Assembly (NCBI GenBank): GCA_050013495.1
Contig: JBEKFD010000001.1
Location: forward strand, 29,024 to 93,023
Reading direction: 5' to 3'
DNA from: Terracidiphilus sp.
GTDB taxonomy: Bacteria > Acidobacteriota > Terriglobia > Terriglobales > Acidobacteriaceae
Length of the DNA stretch: 64,000 nt
Positions 1 to 8,775 of this stretch are shown here, one piece after another (the first letter of the stretch is position 1; every line of letters begins with the position of its first letter). The position numbers and the translations under genes are program-made. Under the pieces are notes generated by a model. That model saw only the letters and a program-made list of their open reading frames with translations. It did no database searches and was not told the DNA's origin.

Positions 1-186
1 GGTCGCCTCGACAGGCGATGCTGCCCCTGGATTGGTGGTCTGAAAGCGGCCCAGAACTTCATTGGTGGTGTCTTGCAGCCGTGTGTTCGGCTTGTGCAGC
101 TTTCGGGTTGCCTTGCTAGCCAGTTGACAGAGCTGGTAGCGATTGGACACATGAGAAAGTGCCCCAAAAACTAAATCAGAACGCAT
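1..186 (-). CDS. RNA polymerase omega-subunit-like protein (acidobacterial paralog); 3' end runs off the window
   Basis: Not in the ORF track. Manual translation from ATG at 186 gives MRSDLVFGALSHVSNRYQLCQLASKATRKLHKPNTRLQDTTNEVL..., an NRY-x-L-like omega motif. Strong RBS (AAGGAGAG) upstream. Confidence 0.75.
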   Translation of the reverse strand, partial: MRSDLVFGALSHVSNRYQLCQLASKATRKLHKPNTRLQDTTNEVLGRFQTTNPGAASPVEAT

Positions 187-936
187 GATACATCTCTCCT
201 TGCTTGAAGTGCCTGACCAGGCTGTACTCGGTCTGTACACACCTGTTCAATTCAGGGAGCCAAAGTTGTCGGCCACCCAAGTTTTTCATTCCCAATCCTT
301 AGACGCGGGGAGTGGGTGTCCAGTTCAAAAAATCTTGACGCACTTTCGCACGCCACGGAAAACCTTCTGTGCCATGTCAGTGATACAGAGTGCCGTCCCG
401 GGAATCAAAACGCCCGGCCTTCCCATTTCCGGTGGATCTTAGGAACGCACCGGTGCATCAACGGATGAGCCCCAGCCCAATATGATGCGGGAAATGACAA
501 GATGGGTTCGCAGGATCGCTCTGCGCAACTCGCCTTTGAATGGATGGCACTCATGAATGTATACCCAGTCGACTTCTGGGTCAACTGTTTTTTCCGGTCT
601 TTTTGGGAGCGAAGACGAAACTCGCATCAAGCTTATGCTCCGTATCTAAACATATTTTAATCAGTTAGATAGAGGAAAACGGGTGGAACTTCACCGCTTC
701 TCGGGGAGCCCCGGCGTGGAAATCTTATGCCGCAAAGGTTGCAGGAATCCATTTTTAGGGTTTGGAGACGATGGAGTGGCGTGCTCGGGGGTAGTCCTAA
801 CAGACGGTGGCACTTGCAAAGCTTGAAGTTACGCCATGCTGAGTACGTTGCATCCGGATTCAGAGGCCCCCTGTCCCGGAAACCTTCTGCTTGCGTCAAT
901 CCGGCCGCAGCCTCGCCGTCTGGTGACCGGCCGCAA

Positions 937-1647
937 TCAAGCCTCCAATGCCGCACTATAGAAATTCGAGTAGAGATTGCGAACTGTCTTGTAGCACTCG
1001 CATGCCCCGCTCTCGAGTCCGGCGGAATTGACAATGCGGATGCGGCCGCGGCTGTATTGGATGAAGCCCTTGCGCTGCAGCGTCCCAGCCGCGGCGGTCA
1101 CCGTGGTGCGGCGCGCTCCGAGCATGTTCGCCAGAAACTCCTGGGTGAGGAAATAAGTGTCGCTTTCCACGCGGTCGCGCACCATCAGCAGCCAGCGCGC
1201 CAGCCTCTCCTCTGCCTCGTGAAGGCGATTGCATGCCGCCAGTTGTCCCAGGATAAACACCTGACTTTGCACGCATTGCAGCACGGCTTCACGCAACCCC
1301 ACATTTTCATGGAACTCCTTCTGCAACTCTTTGTATGGCATACGCAACGCTGTGGCATCCATCTGGATGAAGCAGCGGGTGGGGATTCTGGCTCTTCCGA
1401 GAAGATGAAAGCTCTCCACCAGGCCTTCGCTGCCCCAGATGCCCACTTCGGCGCTGGCGCCATTGGACATGGAACTTACAATCGAGGCGATTCCCGACGT
1501 CATGAAGTGTGCGTATTTGGGCGTCTCGTCCGGCTCATAGAGAACTGTCCTCAGGGGAAGCGAGACCGGTTTCAACCGTTTGAGCAGCGAACTTCGATAG
1601 GCTGGCGGGAGTGTTGCGAGCAGCAGGTTCGAAGACTGGCCATTCAT
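937..1647 (-). CDS. Crp/Fnr family transcriptional regulator
   Basis: cNMP-like domain plus C-terminal HTH (EERLARWLL...LTQEFLANMLGARRTTVT). Start chosen at MNGQSS, which has an AGAAGGA RBS. Confidence 0.92.
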   Translation of the reverse strand: MNGQSSNLLLATLPPAYRSSLLKRLKPVSLPLRTVLYEPDETPKYAHFMTSGIASIVSSMSNGASAEVGIWGSEGLVESFHLLGRARIPTRCFIQMDATALRMPYKELQKEFHENVGLREAVLQCVQSQVFILGQLAACNRLHEAEERLARWLLMVRDRVESDTYFLTQEFLANMLGARRTTVTAAAGTLQRKGFIQYSRGRIRIVNSAGLESGACECYKTVRNLYSNFYSAALEA

Positions 1648-1915
1648 GAGGGCATCCTTCTCTCGGGGGTTGCAAAGGACGCCGCTGATGGTTGAGCGCG
1701 ATTCTTGCGTTCTCTGGGAAGATGTTTTGCTGCTCATCTTTGCAGGGATTATCTCATTGAGAATTAAATCTTTATGTTCGCTATTGGACAGTACATCGCG
1801 AATTCTTGTGGAGCCCAGATTTCCTTCCGGCGTAATGTTGGGCATTGGATCGAAGGGGGTCTGGCGGCCGCAGTTAGGCTGCCTCTTGAATTAGCGCAGC
1901 ACGTTGACCAAATGC

Positions 1916-1950
1916 AAAAACGGCAGAGCTGGTTTGCTCCGCCGCCGTTG
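1916..1950 (-). terminator. Intrinsic terminator after the Gly-rich protein gene
   Basis: Minus strand reads CGGCGGAGC-aaacca-GCTCTGCCG-TTTTT. Confidence 0.65.
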
Positions 1951-1997
1951 CACAACCCGCCGCTGATTCTGCGGCTCCCCGATTCCAGGACACTGGG

Positions 1998-2594
1998 TTA
2001 CTTGTGTTCGCCGCCGCCATGTCCACCACCAGCAGCATGACCGCCACCGGCACCGCCGCCGGCGGGACGTCCGCCGCCGCCCGAGGCAGCGCGCGGTGCA
2101 CTTGCATGCGAAACTGCTGCGTGCGAGGGAGCAGCACGGCCGGCCGGTGCGGCGTGTCCTGCAGAGGGTCGCGCGCCGCTAGTGCGGACTGCTCCGCCTC
2201 CGCCACCACGGACTGCTCCGCCATCGCGCGCTGCGCCGCCACCGCCACCGCGTGCTCCACCACCGCCGGCGAACTGGCTACGATTGGCTGCTTCACCGCC
2301 GCCGCCGCGATAGCTGCCGCCACCGCCGCCAGCAAAGCGATGGCCGCCCCATCCGTGGCCATAACCCCAGCCTGCCCATGGGCCCATGCCCAGGAAGATG
2401 CCATTGTAAAAGTATCCCGGCCCGTAAAAGCCATAAGGCGAGCAGGCGTAGGGCGCGTAGTCGTAGTAGCCGTAGGAACAAACCGGCTGAATGCCGACGT
2501 CGACGCCGACGACGATCTGCGCCTTTACCGCCGGCGCAATGGCCAAGCCGGCGAGCAATGTTGTTGCAGCAAGTAGGGTTTTGAGTTTGCGCAT
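1998..2594 (-). CDS. Secreted Gly/Tyr-rich hypothetical protein
   Basis: Signal peptide (AVKA|Q), PVCSYGYYDYAPYACSPYG core, low-complexity Gly tail, upstream AAGGGG RBS. Confidence 0.8.
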   Translation of the reverse strand: MRKLKTLLAATTLLAGLAIAPAVKAQIVVGVDVGIQPVCSYGYYDYAPYACSPYGFYGPGYFYNGIFLGMGPWAGWGYGHGWGGHRFAGGGGGSYRGGGGEAANRSQFAGGGGARGGGGGAARDGGAVRGGGGGAVRTSGARPSAGHAAPAGRAAPSHAAVSHASAPRAASGGGGRPAGGGAGGGHAAGGGHGGGEHK

Positions 2595-2817
2595 TTGATG
2601 ACCCCCTTAAGGTGTCTGCGGTTACTTGAAGTGCGTGGGAGGCTCTGCGACCGCGGTGGATCACTGGGCAACAGCAGCTACCATAAGGATCCCTTCCTGG
2701 GATATCCCTCACGCTGTCGGGGGTTGAAAGTCTATCTGTCCTTACGCATTCAACGTTATGCCGCGCTCATCCTGCGGGTCTGAGCAGTATGAACCAGCTC
2801 GTGCGTCCACGCCGCTT

Positions 2818-2842
2818 CCCTGATCCCTGTTCCCTAATCCCT
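2818..2842 (+). repeat. Heptamer tandem repeat (CCCTGAT-type)
   Basis: CCCTGAT-CCCTGTT-CCCTAAT-CCCT. Confidence 0.7.
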
Positions 2843-2870
2843 TTCCTTCGGAGTGATAGCCTCAAATGTT

Positions 2871-4481
2871 ATGGCAATTCCGGGTCGGGTGGATTTTCTG
2901 GTGATGGGCGCGGGGGTGGCAGGGCTGCGCGCGGCGGTGGAACTGGCGCGGCACGGCGATGTGCTGGTGGTCACCAAGGAGTCGCTGGGCGAGTCGAACA
3001 CGCACTACGCCCAGGGCGGAATTGCCGTGGCCACGGAGGGCGAGGCGGACGTTGCGCTGCACCTGGAAGACACGGTCAACGCGGGGGATGGGCTGGTTTT
3101 CCGGGCGGCTGCGGAGGCGCTGGTAAGCGAAGGGCCGGCGCGCGTGGCGGAGCTGATCGAGTGGGGAGCGGCGTTCGACACGGAAGCCGGCGAGCTGTTG
3201 CGGACCCGCGAAGGCGCGCATTCGCTGCCCCGCATTCTGCACGCCAATGGCGATGCGACGGGGGCGGAGATCAGCCGGTCGCTGGTGGCCTTTGCCCGCG
3301 GTCACAAGCGAATCCAGTTTGCCGAGTGGACCATGTTGACGGGGCTGGCGGTGGCCGATGGACGCGTTGTGGCGGCGGATCTGGCCGGCGCGGGGCCGCT
3401 TGCCGTGGATTCTGAGCCGAGGCGGGTTAGCGCGCGCTCCGTTCTGATTGCCTCCGGCGGGGCGGGGCAGGTGTACTCCGACACAACCAACCCCGCCGTT
3501 GCTACCGGCGACGGGATCGGGCTGGCGCACGGGGCTGGCGCGGCTCTCGCCGACATGGAGTTCTACCAGTTTCACCCCACGGCGCTGGCGCTGCCTGGAG
3601 TGCCGCGCTTTTTGCTTTCCGAGGCGCTGCGGGGCGAGGGGGCGTATCTGCGCAATGAGCGCGGCGAGCGCTTTATGGAGCGCTACCACCCGCTGCTGGA
3701 ACTGGCGCCGCGCGATGTGGTGGCGCGCGCCATTGCGCGGGAGGGGATGGGGGACGGGCCGGGGGCGACGCGGGCAGTTTATCTGGACATGCGGCACGTG
3801 CGGGGAACCGACTTGCATCGACGGTTTCCTGGGATCAGCGCGTTTTTGGCGCAGCATGGGCTGGACCTGGCGCGCGATCTGATTCCGGTTCGCCCGGCGG
3901 CGCATTACCTGATGGGCGGCATCATGACGGACCTGGGAGGCAAGACTACGCTTGGTGGGCTTTATGCCGCGGGAGAGGCCGCCTGCACGGGCGTGCATGG
4001 AGCGAACAGGTTGGCTTCGAACTCGCTGCTGGAAGGACTGGTGTTTGGCGCGCGGGCGGCGCAGGCGATGCTTGAGGACTGGATGGCTTGCGAGCCTCTC
4101 GATGTGCCGCCAACAACCTGCACACCGCTATCGACTGTCGAAGAATTTCAAGTGGAAGGTCTCATTGCCGGCCTGCAGACTACCATGTGGAAGTGTGCTG
4201 GGTTGCTGCGCCAGGAGTCCACGCTGCGGGACGGATTGGAGGCGCAGCAAGCCTGCGAAGGCAGCATTGCGGAGATTGCCGGGCTGGGGAGGGGAAGTCG
4301 CCGACTGATTGAGGCGCAAGCACTAGCAACGGTTGCGCAGGCGATTTTACATTCCGCGCTGGCCCGCACGGAAAGCCGCGGCGCGCATTTCCGCAACGAC
4401 TATCCGCGCCGCGACGACGAACATTTCCAGAAGCATTCGGCCTTCGACAAAGACGGCAACGTTGCATTCGAGAAGTGGTAG
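2871..4481 (+). CDS. nadB: L-aspartate oxidase
   Basis: GAGVAG FAD motif, SNTHYAQGGIA, EGAHS, QFHPT, ELAPRDVVAR, HYLMGG, HGANRLASNSLLE, ESRGAH. Confidence 0.95.
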   Translation: MAIPGRVDFLVMGAGVAGLRAAVELARHGDVLVVTKESLGESNTHYAQGGIAVATEGEADVALHLEDTVNAGDGLVFRAAAEALVSEGPARVAELIEWGAAFDTEAGELLRTREGAHSLPRILHANGDATGAEISRSLVAFARGHKRIQFAEWTMLTGLAVADGRVVAADLAGAGPLAVDSEPRRVSARSVLIASGGAGQVYSDTTNPAVATGDGIGLAHGAGAALADMEFYQFHPTALALPGVPRFLLSEALRGEGAYLRNERGERFMERYHPLLELAPRDVVARAIAREGMGDGPGATRAVYLDMRHVRGTDLHRRFPGISAFLAQHGLDLARDLIPVRPAAHYLMGGIMTDLGGKTTLGGLYAAGEAACTGVHGANRLASNSLLEGLVFGARAAQAMLEDWMACEPLDVPPTTCTPLSTVEEFQVEGLIAGLQTTMWKCAGLLRQESTLRDGLEAQQACEGSIAEIAGLGRGSRRLIEAQALATVAQAILHSALARTESRGAHFRNDYPRRDDEHFQKHSAFDKDGNVAFEKW

Positions 4482-4484
4482 CCG

Positions 4485-5396
4485 TCATCTCTCCGAACGC
4501 GGCGACTGATCGCTTTTTCCTGATCCCTGATCCCTGATCCCTGATCCCTGTTCCGCCGCCATCCACGACACCACCGCGCACACCGTCAGAATTGTCCCCA
4601 TGATGGCCAGGGACACGGTGATGGGCACGTCGATCCAGCGGGCTGTCAGCATCTTCAGAGCGACGAACGCCAGCATCGCGCCCAGTCCGTAGTGCAGATA
4701 GCGGAAACGGTCGAGCAGGGCGGCGAGGGCGAAGTAAAGCGAGCGCAACCCGAGCACAGCGGCGATGTTCGAGGTGTAGACGACGAAGGGATTGTGGCTG
4801 ATGGCGAGAACGGCGGGAATGGAGTCGGTGGCGAAGACCAGATCGGTGACTTCGATAGCCAGGATGACCGGCAGCAGCGACCCTTTCGCGGGTTGGAGCT
4901 TGCGAATCCACTCGGGAATGGCCGCGTGGGCCGAGCTGCCGCGCACCAGGCGCCACGCGGCGTAAAGCAGAAACAGGCCGAAGATCCAGGTGATCCAGTC
5001 GAAGCGTTTGAGCAGCGTGATGCCGGCCACGATAAAGAGCCCGCGCAGCACGACTGCTCCGGCGACGCCCCATACGAGGGCGTCGTGCTGGCGCTGCTGG
5101 CTGATGCGGAAGCCCTGGAAGATGACCAGGAAGACGAAGAGATTGTCGACGCTGAGCGAGGTTTCAATGGCGTAGCCGCCGATCCATTCGAGGGCGGTCT
5201 GATGGCCTAGGGTCACGGCGATCCAGGCGGCGAAGGCGGCTGCGGCGAGCACCATGCCGGCGGTTCCGAGCCAGGCGAAGAGCTGAGGATAACGCGTTTG
5301 GCGGCGATGGCCGGGGAGCAGGGAATCGACGAGCAGCAGCGCGGCCACCACGGCGTGGAAGCCGAGCCACCAAAGCCAGGAAGCGCCGGCAATCAT
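4485..5396 (-). CDS. TerC/Alx family membrane protein
   Basis: SLSVDNLFVF, IEVTDLVFATDSIPAV and TSNIAAVLGLRSLYF motifs. Confidence 0.93.
   Translation of the reverse strand: MIAGASWLWWLGFHAVVAALLLVDSLLPGHRRQTRYPQLFAWLGTAGMVLAAAAFAAWIAVTLGHQTALEWIGGYAIETSLSVDNLFVFLVIFQGFRISQQRQHDALVWGVAGAVVLRGLFIVAGITLLKRFDWITWIFGLFLLYAAWRLVRGSSAHAAIPEWIRKLQPAKGSLLPVILAIEVTDLVFATDSIPAVLAISHNPFVVYTSNIAAVLGLRSLYFALAALLDRFRYLHYGLGAMLAFVALKMLTARWIDVPITVSLAIMGTILTVCAVVSWMAAEQGSGIRDQGSGKSDQSPRSER
4518..4552 (+). repeat. Heptamer tandem repeat (5 units) inside the 3' end of the TerC gene
   Basis: TCCTGAT-(CCCTGAT)3-CCCTGTT; translates on the minus strand as QGSGIRDQG. Confidence 0.9.
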
Positions 5397-5419
5397 TTCT
5401 GGATGGTATCGCAAAGGCA

Positions 5420-5442
5420 AGGGATCAGGGGTCAGGGGTTAG
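5420..5442 (-). repeat. Heptamer tandem repeat, opposite orientation
   Basis: AGGG-ATCAGGG-GTCAGGG-GTTAG on the + strand. Confidence 0.7.
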
Positions 5443-6143
5443 TCCGGTGCGAGTTGCTGAATGAAGCTCGCGACGACTTCAGCGGCCCTTTGAGGTTCGC
5501 GCTGAAGAATCAGGTGAGAACCGGGGATGCGCGCAACTTCGATCTGCGGCTTGATTGCGCACATTTGTTCGAGCGAGGCCTCGCCAACCAAACGGTCCTG
5601 CAAGGCTTGAATGAAAAGGATGGGCACCGAAACTTGAATGAGCGCCTGCCGCGCGTCGACCGACAAGACCTGGCGGAGGCGCGCCGCAAGAACGGCTGGC
5701 TTAACGGCGCGAATTGCCGAACGAACCGATGCGCGGAGCCATTCCGGAGCATCCTTGCCTACAAGAAAGTGAGACACAGCAGCCTTAGGTAAAGGGAGAC
5801 GAAAGGCCAATGGCGCAATCAGCGCGGCGAGCGATTTTGGCCATCCACGAATCGGGCTTGTTGCAAAACCCGCGCAAAGTATCAGGCCTCTCAGGTTCGG
5901 CGGATGGGTTGCGGCGAACTTGATGGCGAGTGGCGTTGAGTATGACTCCGCGAGCAGGAAATACAGTTCGGAGGCGGGAACCATGAATTGAACGGTTTCC
6001 AGCAACTCGCTGTAGGAAGGACTTGCGTCGACCGGATAGTAAATCGCTTCGATGTTCCTTGGCTCGGGCATCGCTTTCACGAATTCGGAAAAAAGCTCTC
6101 CGGTTCCATGCATGCCGGGCAGCAATATGAGCCTGTTGACCAT
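5439..6143 (-). CDS. Alpha/beta fold hydrolase
   Basis: LILLPGMHGTG, AESYS nucleophile elbow, DRLV, GSH. Confidence 0.85.
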   Translation of the reverse strand: MVNRLILLPGMHGTGELFSEFVKAMPEPRNIEAIYYPVDASPSYSELLETVQFMVPASELYFLLAESYSTPLAIKFAATHPPNLRGLILCAGFATSPIRGWPKSLAALIAPLAFRLPLPKAAVSHFLVGKDAPEWLRASVRSAIRAVKPAVLAARLRQVLSVDARQALIQVSVPILFIQALQDRLVGEASLEQMCAIKPQIEVARIPGSHLILQREPQRAAEVVASFIQQLAPD

Positions 6144-6157
6144 TTCTGCTCCGGAGA

Positions 6158-6589
6158 TTATTCAAGGACTAGCAAATGTTTGGCATATTTTTGACCGGCC
6201 ATGTGGCCGATGGCTTTGTCTAGGGTGACCAGGACGCCGTTTTCTTTGATGGCGAGGCCCAGCAGGAATGCGTCCGCGACTTGCTGATGACCATAGACCT
6301 TCTCGCGAAACGGCTCGATAAGCGAGGCCCAACTGTCGGTGATTGGCCAATAGCGGTAGCCAGGGTGCTTTGTCAGGACGGCAAGAACCTGCGCTGCCTC
6401 AGCAATGGAATATCCACCGACTCTTGGGTTGGATGTGATGCGCAGGTAGCCAGCCTCTGAAAATGCGCACAAGCCCCACTTGAGTCCCGGCGTATCGAAC
6501 CATTCCCACGCCGTTCGGTAGTTGGCGTGTCCTTGCTCAGTGAGAGCAATCAGCAGGGTTACGTCGAGCAGATGAAGTTGGTGGCTCAA
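6158..6589 (-). CDS. vapC: VapC family PIN-domain toxin
   Basis: Acidic PIN residues in LLDVT, SEAG, VADA and TLD; start overlaps the antitoxin stop. Confidence 0.9.
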   Translation of the reverse strand: MSHQLHLLDVTLLIALTEQGHANYRTAWEWFDTPGLKWGLCAFSEAGYLRITSNPRVGGYSIAEAAQVLAVLTKHPGYRYWPITDSWASLIEPFREKVYGHQQVADAFLLGLAIKENGVLVTLDKAIGHMAGQKYAKHLLVLE

Positions 6590-6837
6590 TCGTCGTATTC
6601 TTCCAGAGCAGCTTTCACCATTTCGGTTGTAATAACACGGCCATCCCCACGCGGCTTAAAGACCAGCATGCCGTTGGGTAAACGCTGGAGGTTAGGCGAC
6701 AGATCTTCGGAATTCCGCGGTTCCGTGGCTTTGCGTACAAACTCGCTGATGGCTGCGCCCAGCGTGATCCCCTTGCCTTTAGCGCAGTGCATGGCCAGCT
6801 CATAGGCGTCGTCGTCGAGTGTGACGGTGGTTCTCAT
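6586..6837 (-). CDS. vapB: VapB/CopG-type RHH antitoxin
   Basis: MRTTVTLDDDAY N-terminus; directly upstream of the PIN gene. Confidence 0.88.
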   Translation of the reverse strand: MRTTVTLDDDAYELAMHCAKGKGITLGAAISEFVRKATEPRNSEDLSPNLQRLPNGMLVFKPRGDGRVITTEMVKAALEEYDD

Positions 6838-6843
6838 GGCAGT

Positions 6844-6890
6844 ATTATGCATCAATTGCCGGATTGATGCAATTTTCCAAGATGATGCAT
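6844..6890 (-). promoter_or_regulatory. vapBC promoter with overlapping palindromic operator
   Basis: Minus strand TTGCAT-17 bp-CATAAT-6 bp-ATG. Inverted repeat TGCATCAAT-N6-ATTGATGCA at 6848-6871 and an extra half-site at 6881-6890. Confidence 0.75.
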
Positions 6891-6958
6891 ATCCATCCAT
6901 TCCGCATGAGGAACGAGGATCGGATCAAGTAAGGGCCGTTGCACAGGCGCTCTCCACG

Positions 6959-7978
6959 TCACCGCAAGTCGATCAGCCGGATCGTTTCCAGGAAGACGTC
7001 GCCGTCGATGGTGAGGCTGCGGGCGCTGATCTTGTCCATGGTGTCCAGGGCGGTGTGGTGATAGGCGTTGTGGGGGCCGTAGTCGAGGTCGATCACGTCG
7101 ATCGACGGCACACCGCGCTGGACGAAGGCGAGGTGGTCGTCTTCTATCGGCTCTTCAGTCTGGAAGAAATAACGGTCGTAGCCGTACTTGTGGGCGGCCT
7201 GACGGACGAGATCGACGAGCCAGCCGGTGGAGCGGGTTTCGCGCTGGATGTCCAGGTCCTTGTCGCCGATCATGTCGGCGAGCATGAAGGCCATGATCTT
7301 GCTGAGTGTCCCATCGCGTCCCCACCTGGCGGCCAAATGGCGGCTGCCGTAGGTGGAGTCGGACGCGGACCAGGTTTGGAAGGCTTCTTCGCCGTCGAAG
7401 AAGACCAGCCAGACGGAGTAGCCATCGAGCACCTTGTTGCGGGCGAGGTCAGCGCGCAACTGGTCGGCAATGGCCATAAGCAGGCCGGTGGTGGAGCCTC
7501 CGTCATTGGCGCCGACGAAGTTGATAGTGCGCAGCGGGTAGTTGGTCTCGTAGTGCGTGCCGAGCACGATTGCGCCGTCCTTTTTGCCGGGGAAGCGGAC
7601 GATGAAGTTGCGCATGGCTACGGGGCCGATGGGGGTGTTCGAGGTGAAGGTGTCCTCTTCGAGCTGATCGTGCTTGAAGTGGTCGCGGAGGAATTCTTCG
7701 GCCTTGAGGTGACCCTGGCTCGTGGGCCAGCGGGGCCCAATGGCGACGAATTCGCGGGCGTAGTCGAGGGCCTTGGCGCCGTTGAAGTGGGGTTGGGCGG
7801 GAAGGGTTAGTGGGACGAAAAGGGCCAGTGCCAAGACAGCGGTTGTAAAGAACGGGAGGTGGGTCGGGGTCCGTGGTCTCCCACCCTTGGCACAAGAACA
7901 AAGACGCGCCAAGGATGGGGCACCCGGTTTCATTCGAACTACTCTCTTCCACGACGAATACCGCCACGCAAGAATCAT
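6959..7978 (-). CDS. M28 family zinc enzyme, likely animal-type (type II) glutaminyl cyclase
   Basis: FVGANDG, FFDGEEAFxxWSxxDSxYGSRHLA, DMIG, IEDDH and YHHT match the QC-type M28 pattern. The ATG overlaps the tatC stop (ATGA). Alternative start at 7933. Confidence 0.82.
   Translation of the reverse strand: MILAWRYSSWKRVVRMKPGAPSLARLCSCAKGGRPRTPTHLPFFTTAVLALALFVPLTLPAQPHFNGAKALDYAREFVAIGPRWPTSQGHLKAEEFLRDHFKHDQLEEDTFTSNTPIGPVAMRNFIVRFPGKKDGAIVLGTHYETNYPLRTINFVGANDGGSTTGLLMAIADQLRADLARNKVLDGYSVWLVFFDGEEAFQTWSASDSTYGSRHLAARWGRDGTLSKIMAFMLADMIGDKDLDIQRETRSTGWLVDLVRQAAHKYGYDRYFFQTEEPIEDDHLAFVQRGVPSIDVIDLDYGPHNAYHHTALDTMDKISARSLTIDGDVFLETIRLIDLR
7875..7925 (+). repeat. REP-like palindrome, family 1 (CCCACCC...GGATGGGGCACCC)
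   Basis: CCCACCCTTGGCAC-loop-GCGCCAAGGATGGGGCACCC; related copies at 13621, 19011 and 52809. Confidence 0.8.
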
Positions 7979-8775
7979 TGCGCGGCCTCTTTCGCTTCCT
8001 TGGCTTTGCGGCGCGACGGATGGACCCACCAGGCAATGCCGATACCGAGGATATAGAGCGACAGCATGGGGATGGCGTAGATGCACATGGTCCATGGATC
8101 GGGGCTTGGGCAAATGAAGGCCGCCACAAGGAAGACCGCAAGAATCGCGTAGCGGATGTTCTTCCAGAGGAAGCGCGGGCTGACGATGCCGAACATGGCC
8201 AGAAAGAAAATGAGGATGGGCATCTCAAAGCTGATGCCCAGGCCGAGAATGATCGACAGAAAGAAGCCCGTGTACTCCTCTATGGTGACCATGGGCTGGA
8301 ATTTGCTGCCGAATCCCACAATCAGGACCTTCAGCGCGCCGGGCAGCACCCAGAAGTAGCCGAAGGCTGCTCCGGTCAGAAACAGGGCTACCGTAGCTGT
8401 CATGAAGGGAATGACGAAGCGCCGCTCCTTCTGGTAGAGTCCCGGTGCGATGAAAAGCCACACCTGGTAGAGGATGAGGGGAGAGGCCAAAATGGCTCCG
8501 CCGATCAGTGCTACCTGGAGGTAGAGGTTGAGCGGGTCCATGGGGTGGGTGTAGTTCAGCTTGATATGCAGTTGGTCCAGCGGGGCCTGGACGAAGCCGT
8601 AAAGCCGCTCGTGGAAGATGTAGGCCACGCCGAAACCCAGACCGAGATAAATGGCGGAGTGGACGATGCGGCGGCGCAGCTCGTCCAGGTGTTCCATGAG
8701 GCTCATGCCGGGTAGCTCGGCGCGCTCTGTTACGGCTGCGCGGGCCTTGCCGATTGCCTCGCCAGCATCAACCAT
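7975..8775 (-). CDS. tatC: Twin-arginine translocase subunit TatC
   Basis: MSLMEHLDELRRRI, YQVWLFIAPGLYQKERR, FEMP, PSPDP. Confidence 0.96.
   Translation of the reverse strand: MVDAGEAIGKARAAVTERAELPGMSLMEHLDELRRRIVHSAIYLGLGFGVAYIFHERLYGFVQAPLDQLHIKLNYTHPMDPLNLYLQVALIGGAILASPLILYQVWLFIAPGLYQKERRFVIPFMTATVALFLTGAAFGYFWVLPGALKVLIVGFGSKFQPMVTIEEYTGFFLSIILGLGISFEMPILIFFLAMFGIVSPRFLWKNIRYAILAVFLVAAFICPSPDPWTMCIYAIPMLSLYILGIGIAWWVHPSRRKAKEAKEAAQ

Noticed and set aside
185-1034. Short ORFs 185-442, 439-630 and 657-1034
   Set aside because: No RBS or family motifs; treated as non-coding.
727-1695. 322-aa + strand ORF
   Set aside because: Antisense shadow of the Crp gene; no recognisable motifs.
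2600-2870. Possible second NAD riboswitch upstream of nadB
   Set aside because: No ACA(A/T)CCCC aptamer core, and nadB appears leaderless.
6821-7810. 329-aa + strand ORF
   Set aside because: Antisense shadow of the M28 gene, typical of high-GC DNA.
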